A stretch of DNA of 63,130 nt, counting the filler, from Blastocystis sp. subtype 4 (taxonomy: Eukaryota): assembly GCF_000743755.1 (NCBI RefSeq). It is 16 parts of 16 records of this genome, joined end to end, with 100 filler letters (N's around TTAATTAATTAA, not from the genome) between each part and the next. Parts side by side here need not be neighbours in the genome. Positions count along the whole stretch, not along the records: positions 1 to 3,488 come from NW_014568982.1; positions 3,589 to 7,022 come from NW_014568981.1; positions 7,123 to 10,562 come from NW_014568980.1; positions 10,663 to 14,074 come from NW_014568979.1; 12 more parts are not named here. One strand, written 5' to 3'. The number at the start of each line of letters is the position of its first letter. Position 1 is the stretch's first letter. Below the pieces are notes generated by a model, which worked only from the letters and a program-made list of their open reading frames with translations, ran no database searches and was not told where the DNA came from. Position numbers and translations under genes: made by a program. Shown in pieces: positions 1 to 11,005 of this stretch.

Positions 1-1
1 G

Positions 2-511
2 ATTGGTTCAGGTAAGTTCAGTGATTGGATGTCAAATGCATGGAACAAACTGAAAACGATCTATAACAGTGAACAATTCAAACCAATCAAGAATGCACTC
101 GTTACTGCTGCTTCAAACACTGCTCAGAAGTACATTGACAAAGGAGTTGATACACTTGCAAGTAAGACAAATAATGAAGATTTGAAGAATGTAATCAACA
201 CTACTCGAGATGTTGCTAGTAATCTGAAGAATGAAGCGATTGATCAAGTGAATGGTAGAGGAAGTGTATTTGGAGGTGGATTGCATGTAATAAGAAGTAA
301 TATCGATGATGAGGTAGATGATTATGATATGATGAGTGTTGGTGTGAAAGTATATGATGATAGTGTTACAAATGATCCAGTAGAAGAAACAGAGAATAAG
401 GGAAAGGCATACATAATTGACTCCAATTATGGTATTGTTGACACACTACTAACAACCCATCTTACATGTTTCTATCCAGTTATTATTCTGTACAAATTAG
501 TGACAAAGTAA
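2..511 (+). mobile_element. Putative endogenous virus virion-protein fragment (amphipathic helix flanked by Gly motifs), 5' truncated
   Basis: Intronless frame open from nt 2: IGSG-KFSDWMSNAWNKLKTIY...NGRGSVFGGGLHV. A Gly motif, then a Trp/Phe-rich amphipathic helix, then a VxGG-type motif, resembles protease-processed proteins of adenovirus/Polinton-like viruses. Motif-level inference only. Confidence 0.4.
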
Positions 512-1257
512 AATAGCATGTATTTTCAAGCAATCTGTTTTCTTCATCCCACACTTTAATCACTTCAATAGCTTGAATAGTTGTTTGTAGTGAGTTAACT
601 ATGATGATCAAGGAAGTATAGTTGATACCCATCAGTGCATTTGGTGACTCGGACCAATATTCTTACGCATGGAAATTGAAGAGCATTACACCAGCATAGA
701 ATATCCTGATGCAAATCGTCACTGTCACCATAGAGAACAGCAACACAAGTTGAATCAGGATTCTTTTATTTGTATAAGAACTGTTCAGCAATCATATGAG
801 TTAGCGTTTTTGTTATCCCATTTGTGAGTACTAATGATCGATATGTTTTCTATATTTCAAACTTGTTCTTATTTCAACTGTTTCTTGAATTCTTTGTATC
901 TGATAACAACATCCATCCTTTGTATGAATGCATTTTCGTCAGTTTCTAGCAGCCTTTCAACTACTATATTAACCCAATGGCATTTGTAAATAAAATACTA
1001 TCATTATTCTTGCTACGATTAATCAATTAGTTTATATCGTATCATTTCTTGAGAAAGTATTTGTACCTACATTATTTTACTGTTTGTTTTATCCATTCAG
1101 TCAGTTCGAGGCTAGAAGGAAGCAGAGACGAAGGCGAAGGCTACCTTTGTAGTCGAAGAACACATAAGGCCTCAGGCCTTACGTAACATGCATCAATTAA
1201 CTACTCTAACCCTGTTAATTTGGATTTTATATTATTGTGAACAAACTAATTGAAATC

Positions 1258-3488
1258 ACTAAATTATCGAACAACAGTCTCGATTGTGTAGAATATATCG
1301 ATAAAGAGAATCGGCATTATCTCAATAATTAGCAATTAATAAATCATACTCATACTACGGCATATTTCAACATTCTTGAATGAATCAACACCTAACTTAA
1401 TTCCCTCTGAAGTAAGTGATGGAATGTCTAAATCAAATACATTATTCAATTATCACTGTTTAATATCACTTTACCAATACGAATGAAATTGAAGTCATCT
1501 CCTTTGATTAGAGATAGAGAAGGGAGATCTCATCAATCAATCATCACTATCATTCATACTCTTCATTATCAGTGTATTGGATTTCACGGTACTAATATCG
1601 CCATTAAATGCTCCCCATCCAAGAGTGATAGATTGGAGTTGAGGTAAATCTCATTCATCATTCTTTCAACCATTCATACTCTCAAGCACTATTCTACGAC
1701 ATTCATAGAATGCTTCATGACCTACTATTAGAGAATTAAGGAAAGAGAGATTGGAGAGATAGAACGATTTGCTTGCTCTTCCCACATTTGCTTGAATAAC
1801 AAGACATTTAACTGAACGAGGTATCTCTTGATTGACTGTTGAAACCCATATTGCTGATGGATTAAGAGATATCAAATGTTCAGTCGGAGTTACATGACTA
1901 TTCAATGTTACAACATATTCAAGAGAGTCAGCATCTTAATCATTAACAATCAATCAATCATACTTGAACAGATCATTTCTCTCACATTACGAAATGCTTC
2001 TGACCCGATCTGAATTCTATCTTTAGAGAGTGATGGAATATCTAGTTCATATTCAATCATCAATCACCACTATCCAAAACCACTCTGCCTATAAAATAGA
2101 ATCTGAAATATCCTTTGAATATAGATAGAGAAGGAAGATCTCATCAATCAATTATCATCATTCATACTCTTCATTATCAATTCATTTGATTCAATAGTAT
2201 TATCATCACCATCAAAAGCAATGGATTGAAGTCGAAACAGATCTCATTCATCATTCATTCAATCATTCATACTCTCAAATACTATCGAATGAATCTCCAT
2301 AAATGCACCACTATCAAATTGAATGGATATCAGAGAAGGAAGATTCTTCAATTCAAATGATTCATATAACTCGAATGATTTCTCTCCAATATGGATTTCC
2401 CTCAATTGATCACAATTCATTATCACCCATTTGCTTCCTCCTCTCTTCATATAATGCAGTTTGAAGCAGTTCTTTCTGATGATAATAGTCTCCAATTCAT
2501 TCAATCCATCAATCACAAATTGAGTCACTGTCTTGTAATTTCCATTTCCAATTTCCACTCTCTTAATTCCTTTCAAATTGTCAGTATTGAATTCACTCAA
2601 TTCATTTCTATATCCATCTTCTAGTCGCTTGGTGGTGTTATTGTCACATTTTTTCTCTTTCTTTAGTGGATAAACACTCATCTGCCTTATGATTCGATCA
2701 AGAGAGTCAGCATCTTAATCATTAACAATCAATCAATCATACTTGAACAGATCAATTTTTGAACATCACGGAATGCATATCTCATATCAATACATGTATA
2801 AGTGAGTGATGGAATGTCTAGTTCATATTCAATCATCAATCACCACTATCCAATTTCACTTTGCCTACATACCTGAAATTCTGACCATCTCCTTTGAATT
2901 TAGATAGAGAAGGAAGATCTCATCAATCAATTATCATCATTCATACTCTTCATTATCAATTCATTTGATTCAATAGTATTATCATCACCATCAAAAGCAT
3001 GGATTGAAGTCGAAACAGATCTCATTCATCATTCATTCAATCATTCATACTCTTAAATACCGCTGAATGAAACTCCCAGAATACCATACGATCCAACTGA
3101 ATGGATATCAGAGAAGGGAGATTCTTCAATTCAAATGATTCATAACACTGGAATGAATAATCTCCAAAGCAGATTATTATCAGATGATCACAATTCATTA
3201 TCAAACATTTGCTTCCTTCCCTACTGATATTACCAGAATTGAAGCTGTTCTGCCCAATGATAACCCTTTTCAATTCATTCAATCCATCTACCACAAATCG
3301 AGTCACATTCGCAAAACAATCATCTCCAATTTCAATTTGTTTCAATGATATCAATGAATAGTTCAGTATCAATGATGATATATCAGGTCGATTGAAATGA
3401 TCAGCAATAATCAGAGATTCAATACAACTAGTAACAATCAATTCACAATCATCAATCCATTTCATTCTCATATCATCATTAACATCAA
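1258..3488 (-). CDS. Multi-exon leucine-rich-repeat protein (three tandem LRR modules), 5' truncated; possible frameshift near 3000
   Basis: Repeated units such as FELKNLPSLISIQ, DLPSLS and DIPSL, separated by 28-30-nt GT-AG introns (e.g. 2243-2272, 2140-2167). After splicing the modules are linked in frame by DADSL linkers at ~2710 and ~1930. Confidence 0.75.
1921..3060. repeat. Internal direct repeat with ~780-nt period in the LRR gene
   Basis: 1921-1975 is identical to 2701-2755, and ~2130-2280 is near-identical to ~2910-3060 including intron sequence. Confidence 0.9.
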
Positions 3489-3588
3489 NNNNNNNNNNNN
3501 NNNNNNNNNNNNNNNNNNNNNNNNNNNNNNNNTTAATTAATTAANNNNNNNNNNNNNNNNNNNNNNNNNNNNNNNNNNNNNNNNNNNN
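3489..3588. other. Artificial contig-joining spacer (44 N + TTAATTAATTAA + 44 N), first of 15
   Basis: Identical 100-nt spacers at 3489-3588, 7023-7122, 10563-10662, 14075-14174, 17608-17707, 21104-21203, 24592-24691, 33827-33926, 37282-37381, 40809-40908, 44229-44328, 47604-47703, 50993-51092, 54392-54491 and 59780-59879. The core has stop codons in all six frames, and genes are truncated at the spacers. Confidence 0.99.
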
Positions 3589-6500
3589 ACTCTTCAGTTG
3601 TTCACGAAACTGCTTGAGAATGAAGAGGAGTTGTTGACAGTGCGTGAAGTGGTGTTGTTGCTCTCTGGATCACGAGATGTTCATATGGCTCAGGAGAGTG
3701 TGTTGTATGAAGGATTGGTGTCAGCACACTGGAGATTCATTTATGCTGTCTGTAAGCGTTATGTGAGACAAGAATGAGAGAATGATGAATAGTATGGATG
3801 TGAAGCCAATACTCCTGATCTCGTGAAGCTGAAGGAGACTGTTGAGTTAATGATTATTGGAGGTGTGACTGTTGTGAATCCTGAGATTCGTAAGCTCTTC
3901 CGACCTCTGTTCCTCCATCTAATGCCTAATTCTCTCTCTGATCAATTGTTGCGTCTCTTCACAGAAGTAGGAATGATGTCTGGAGTGAAGTGTAGTCCAA
4001 ATCATGTTTCTACAAGCGACAATGGCTCCCATTACTTGTGGAAGTGTTGCTACGTTCACTGGATCCTCATAGTTCATTCCAGTTAGCACCTGAGATGTCT
4101 CGCTTTCCTCCAATTCGTGTTGAGGCTGTAGGTGAAGGTAAGACAGAAGATTGTGTTCAGAGTGTGTTGGCAATGGAGCGAAGTGCGATGCAGATGGAAG
4201 TGGGGAGTATATTGGAGGATCTGATTGAACTTGCTTATGGAGATATGCGAATGGCTTATAAGCAGGAATGAGGAGATGAGATGATTTGTAGATTGTGGGT
4301 GGAGTTGTTCCCTGTGGCTTGGAGTTCATTCACAGTAGAAGAACAGAAAGTGTTGACGTCAGGGTTGAATAAGCTGTTGGCTTCAGATATCCATGGAATT
4401 CAACAGAATGTGTCTACTCATGCTCTCTGGGAAGAGCTTGATAAGGATTACAAACAATGGGGTTCATCGACTTCTCATCCTTTTGGTTCTCAAGCCAATT
4501 CTTGTTATGGTACTATTCCTGTGACTAATGGTCTTCAGGCAGTTCTTGAAGCTGTGTTACGTTGTTCACCTCAACCTCGTCTGCCTCCCACTCTGCTTCT
4601 ACATCTGACAAAGACATATGGTTGTGGTCCTCAGGCTTCTCTGCTTCTGGAGATGGGATTACGTGAGGCAACAGATACGGATGAGAAGAGAGCATATAGA
4701 CAGTGTTTGAAGGCTGTATTTGTGAGTATGTGATGAGTATGTGATGATTAGATTGAGATGCAGGAGTATGATGCTCTGGCTGCGATGTTGAATGAAACTC
4801 CCATTTCAGAGTTACGAAATGGAATGACTCTGGAGCGTTTTGGTAAACCTCAAGCTGCTGAGATGGCCTATTTGGAAGGACTGAGGAACCAAAGTGTGGT
4901 AGGAAGTCTGGATGCTCTAGAGATTCTGGAAGAGCGATGGAAGGAATGCGCGTATAATCTGAAGAAGTGGAAACTCCTATTTGAATATGGAAAGATGAAT
5001 CATGATATTTGGCTACTTCTTGACTGTTATGGGAAGTGTAATATTTGGGAGTATTTGTGTCATTGAAATGTAATGAATAGTCAATATCCGAAACTTCTGA
5101 CAAATAACCCTATTCAAACAGAACGAGATCTCTCAACTTTACGTTATGCCGTAATCGCAGAGCGACTCTGGATTCTACGCTCGATACGAGAGCCAGCCCT
5201 TGCTCATCAGTCTCGGCTACGTGAGTTGATTCTTGCTGCCTATCGAACCCTTCCAGTTCAGCCAATCAATCACTATGATAGTATCCTCCATCTGGCCAAT
5301 CAGCTAAATGAACTGGCTGTCTCAGCTCAGTTTGTTCAGTGGCGTCTTTCTTCCAAAGAAACAGACATCAGTGTGGTAATTAAAACCTTCAGTGACTGTC
5401 TGATGAATCCTTGGGATCCCCTCTCTCTATGGGAAGACATTCTGATCTGGAGGGCAAATCTGTGTACAGAGGTTATGAAACAAGGAATGCGTGAAATCAC
5501 GTCTCCTTCTCTCACAGCAACCTATCCTACTCTTCTCATTGCTCGTGGTGCTCGCTTGCAAGGTCTACCTGAAGTAGCATTGGAGTATCTCATTCCACTC
5601 TTCAGCGATACTTCCAACACTTATGGAGAATTTGACAAGTGGAAAGAACAAGCGCAGATCAGTCTGGATATGAATCAGCATGATCCAATTATCTTCACAG
5701 AGCTTGATAAATTGAAAGTAGAATCGTTAAAAGATGTCCAGAAAGCGGCTTGTCAGTATATTCGTGGTTTGTATGCAGTGAAGGAGCATCAATATGAGGA
5801 AGCAGCAGCCTACTTCAACAATAGTGTTCAGACAAATCCAAAGTATTATAAAGTGTGGGAAGCATGGAGTAATCTGGTTTATAATCAGTGGGAACAGAAA
5901 GGAGATCTACGAGATGCTCAACAATTCTTGAACTGCTGTTTCCAGTTACTTGCAATCAAACCCGATGGAACGAAGGTCATTCCTCGATTCCTTGTCGTTC
6001 TCTTTGCCACACTCGACAATACTCCGATTGCAACAACAACCACGAACTACATTCAAAGGATTCTTCCTTCAGTGTGGCTTCCATTCCTTCCATTCCTTCT
6101 CTCATTCCCAACTGAGGCTCAATTCGCCATCTTTCAACCAGTCTTCAAGCCATTAGTCCTTAAGTATCCGCAAGTCATGTTTTATCCTCTTCATACTCTT
6201 TGTCTGAACCTTGGAATGCCATGTAATTCTCTCTATGCCAAACCTACAGGGTTCTATGAAGGTACCATCGGTAGTACTCTGGGAACCAGTGACACTACTG
6301 CACGGCCTGATACTAAGATCGTTTCACTCAGTACTGTCGTAGCACGACTCAACTCTCTTTTGTTCCTCCCTTCTCATATTCCATCTCAGCTCCTTCTCTT
6401 CTTGGATACATTGCATGCTACTCCTCATGATCCTTATCGAGAGCTCATAGCGTCAATTGATCAGATTCTTCGTTTCGCTTATTCTGAAGTCGCTGCTGGA

Positions 6501-7022
6501 GGATTACAAACCTTATCCAATCCTGTGAGTGTTGATCTCCAGAGACGATTAGCAACACTATGTTCTCTCTCCTTCAATCTGGATTCTGCTCTTCCATCCA
6601 CATTTGCGTTCCTCTCTCAGTATGCATCTGCCTTCAATCAGGATTTCAATCCATCTCTCTCTGAGGATAGCTCTCAAGTCAATCCTTCCTTCCCACACTC
6701 ACTCAATGAGCTACTTCAACGATTACTCTTATGGAAAGATCTTGCTCTTCATGAGATGCAGAGTCTACGCAGTCAAATTTCATTTTCTTTCAACTGGGCT
6801 GGTACACACTTCCTTCCCTATAGTGTCGAAGTCCCTGGTCTCCATATCATTCCTGTCGACCGTCACGTTTTTACCCTACAGCACATTCACAGTTACCAGC
6901 CTAGTTTATATGTTGAATGTCACGGTTGTCGTCATGTGGAGATGATAGATGAGCAAGGTCATTCATTCCGTTTCTATTTGGAGCAGGTGAATAGTGTTGA
7001 TAGTATAATTGAGGAGCGTACT
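3589..7022 (+). CDS. TRRAP: TRRAP/Tra1-like PIKK-family protein (FAT region), partial at both ends, multi-exon
   Basis: AYKLWVELFPVAW, PRLPPTLLLHLTKTYG, EERWKECAYNLKKW, WEDILIWR, VWLPFLPFLL and YPQVMFYPL match the Tra1/TRRAP FAT region. Short introns at 3967-3995 and 4262-4291. Confidence 0.8.
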
Positions 7023-7122
7023 NNNNNNNNNNNNNNNNNNNNNNNNNNNNNNNNNNNNNNNNNNNNTTAATTAATTAANNNNNNNNNNNNNNNNNNNNNN
7101 NNNNNNNNNNNNNNNNNNNNNN

Positions 7123-10100
7123 TCTTCGACTAGTTCTGTTTTCCATAGTACTGCTGAGGGTTCTTGGGATGAAACATTGTGTTTGCCTCTTGGTCAATAC
7201 ACGATTGTGATGACAAGTTCTAGTTCTGCTTGGGCTCCTTCTTCTTCTTTGTCTGTGTATTCTCTGATTGGTCTTAGTGATTCTGTACTGATTGCAAATG
7301 TTCATTTGGATCCTGCTGGAGGTGCTGAATCTTCTGTTCCTCTTTCTCTGTTGTTCCCAATTGAAGTTGGATCGAATTGGAAGTATAATGATCTTGGTGT
7401 GGATTGGAAGGAGAATGATGGTGAATCATGGTCTGAATCAACAGGTGGACGTGGACAATTCCCTATTACAAGTCGTATTCAGACTTATAAGAAGATGATT
7501 TCATTGAGTGAATCTTTGGCAAATGAAGGAATGGAACTATCTGTTCGTTATCAACATGGATGTGTTGTGTTAGTGAATGGAGAAGAAGTGTTCCGTGATG
7601 GAGTGAATGGAGTGATTAGTTCTTCTTCTATTCCTTCTCATAGCTATGATTCTGTGATGCCTCATGTGATTACTCTTTCTGGTTCTGTTTTCATGAGTGG
7701 AACGAATGTGATTACAATTGTGTTAGTGAACACAGCTGAAGGTGAATCGACATTCAATGGAGTAATGCGAGTTGTGGGAAATGGAGAGAGTCGATTATTG
7801 GATCATAGTGTGACAACAAGTGGAATGAGTGTTGAAGGAGATTTGACAAGTGGTCGATCAGGTATAAGAGTGAGTGGTAATTGTGAATCTAATGAGATTG
7901 TAATCAGTTTTAGTAATCATTTTGAGAGTATTCAGAAGATTGAATTGTTTTATGATTCAAATGAGTACTCATATCCTTCATCTCTTCAAATTGAAGGTCG
8001 TCGAACATCAAATGATTCATGGAACACTTTGATGAGTGTAGGATGGATGAATCGTGAAGTTGATGTGAACATGGGTGAGATTGTGATTGGTTCTCCTTCT
8101 CCTTATGGAATGTATCGGTTATCAAATCTATCTTCAGATGAATGTGAATGGATTTTAACTGGATTGAATCTGAAGATGAGTTCTCTTCCTACAAGTGTGA
8201 CTCCATTATCATATCCTCCTCTCTCGACTTCTCAATTCCTTGATGTGAGTGTTTCTCCTGTAACTGCAATTGGTTATACTGAGTTTGCATTGAATGGAAA
8301 TGTTCCTAATGGATTGAAGATTGATAGTGTGAGTGGAGTGATCTCAGGAGTGATTCGAGTGAGTGGTTCTATTAGTATTGGAGTGAGTGCTATTCGTATC
8401 ACAGATGGAGAGAGAGTGTTTACAGTATGTGAAATGAATGTGAGTGTGTGTAACGGATCGGTGATTGGAGTAACAGTAATGAGTGATGTTGATGTGAATG
8501 TGAGTATAATGAGAGGAGAAGAAGAGATTGTGAGTTACAATGATTTGAGAGCTGTGACTCATCATGTATGTGTTAGTTATGATACGTACAGATTGAGAAT
8601 TGTTAGTGTGAATGGTATTCCTTCTCCTCTATCAAGTATGTATGCAATCACAATGATGGAAGAAGAATTGGATTTGAGTCGTGGTGTGATAAGCAGTAAC
8701 GATATGAGTGTTGAATTCTGTTCATTGGATCCTATTGCATCAAATGTGAATGGTTGGAAGATGAGTGAAAGTGTGAGTGAGGGTTGGATGAATGAATCAT
8801 TTGATGATGCTTCATGGAGTGTGTTGAATGATGATGTGATTCCAAAGACTACGACAAGTTATCTTCGTCGAGTATTGAGTGTGAGTGATGTGAATACTTA
8901 TCCTGTACTGAACTTACGAATGCGATATAATGGAGGAGTGATTGTGTATTTGAATGGATTGAAAGTGGGTCGTTTCAATCTCCCTTCATCTGTGAATCAT
9001 TCAACCAGTCCTTTATCAAATGAAGAAGTTGAATCGAATTTCCATATTCTGTTGTCAAGCACAGGTCATTCTGGTGACAATGTATTGTGTATTGAGTTCC
9101 ATCATGGTTCTGCGAGTTCATCTGTTTTATCATTGAATGGAGGATTGAGCATGGGAGAAGTAGCTGTTGTGAGTGATAGTTGGAATGATGATGGAAGTGT
9201 GGCTAATTTGGAAGGAAGTTTGTTCAATGTGGTGATGATTGTTCCTTCAAATTCTGGTAGTTTGGAGTATTCCTTGACTGCTAATGTGAATGATCTGAGT
9301 GGTGTGATTGGTTCTGTGAATGAATCTGTGAATGGTCCTATATCGATGGATGTTGTGATGATTCCTGGAGCTACATTCACTAGTAGCTCATCGATTCCTT
9401 TATCGATGACTATCTATGGATTCAATCGAAATGTGATTTCAAGTGGAATGTGGTTAGATGAGTCTGGTAATACTGTGATATCTGGTTTGAGTCGTTTATC
9501 GAGTGGTTCTCATGAATTGCATCAAGATGTGATATTGTCTGCTCTGATTGAAGTGGATATATCTTGTGATAATTGTGAAGTGAGTGTGAGCATAAACAAT
9601 CATTTGATTGAATCATTTGGTTCAAATGCTGTGAAGAAGGTATTTGTAAGTACGATGTTGGATCACTATGTGAGTGGATTGAATACGATCAGTGTGTCAA
9701 TCTCTTCTGTTGCTGATGAATCTGTATTCTCTGGAAGTATTCGTTATGTTGCTTCTCATACTCGTTTGATGGATGGAAGTGCTACGATCACTCCAAATCC
9801 TTTGGGTCCTGTTAGTTATTTGACTGATAATGATGTGAGTACTACTGTAGTGGTTCGTAACACTTGTGTTGGAACTGTGATTGAATGGAGTTATGCTGAT
9901 GGTGTGAAGGTTCCTGTGAATGAATATTGGATGACGAATGGTAATACTTGCAACATCTATGCTCCTTCTGGTTGGAAAGTATATGGAAAGGAAGGAAATG
10001 ACTGGATAATGCTTCAAGAGATTGAAGAAACAGCCTTTACTGCTTATACTCAAACGAAGACATTCAATTTCCCCAATACTGTTGGTTATTCTAGTTTGAA

Positions 10101-10562
10101 GTTAGAAGTGACCANTTCTTTCGAGATAGCTGAATTGGGATTCAGTGCGAAGGCAAGTGAGGGTTATTGTGTTCGTGATGGTGAATATGGTCCTGTGGCT
10201 TCAGGTGAAGTATCGAGCATTGATTGTCCTCCTCTGTACAGTGGAACGATTTCTCGTGAGTGTGTAAATGGAATCTTTGGTGATCCTGTGCGGAATTGTA
10301 GTGCGATTGCTCCTACAGTGAGTTTGAGTGTGACAGAGTTCAATGGAGTAATGGGTCGTTCAATCAGTCCTATTGAACCTGAGATTGTTGGAGTTGAATA
10401 TGTTGTCTCAATTGATCCTTCTCTTCCTACTGGATTGAGTGTTGATTCTGAGACTGGTGTGATTTCTGGTATTCCTATTGTTGCATCTCCTGTTACGAGT
10501 TACACTCTGACTGTGATGAATGAAGGTGGTTCTGATTTTGTGACATTTACTCTTATGATCGA
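7123..10562 (+). CDS. Large surface protein with galactose-binding-like and putative Ig (He_PIG-type) domains, partial
   Basis: Long intronless ORF with YQHGCVVLVNGEEVFRD and YNGGVIVYLNG motifs, P.GL.IDS.SGVISG Ig repeats and a Cys-rich module. Same architecture as the genes at 14175-16469 and 60363-63130. Confidence 0.75.
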
Positions 10563-11005
10563 NNNNNNNNNNNNNNNNNNNNNNNNNNNNNNNNNNNNNN
10601 NNNNNNTTAATTAATTAANNNNNNNNNNNNNNNNNNNNNNNNNNNNNNNNNNNNNNNNNNNNCTTTAGCAAAGTTATTCTGATTCTATACACACTTTCAT
10701 GGTTATTCCAACAAGTGCTGTCACCGGAATAAATCACACATTCACATACTCTTTTCTCTATTCATTCTTATTTACAATCATTGAATTCAATTGATCGATT
10801 TCCACAACTAGACCAGTTATGATCCTTTTGATCATGCAATAGAATAGAAAAGAGGTACTATGAATCGATAGGATTATCTATGATTGATTATAGATAATAG
10901 CAAGTGTTCCGCTAACTGAATGTTTGAGTATGAACACAACACAGGTCTTTCCCGTTCATCTACAATCTAGCACATCCAAAATGATTGTGTTTCTAACAAA
11001 TAGAC

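Noticed and set aside
520..1000. Minus-strand membrane-protein-like remnant as part of the viral element
   Set aside because: It is fragmentary, has an intron-like segment and no recognisable viral motif, so it cannot be supported.
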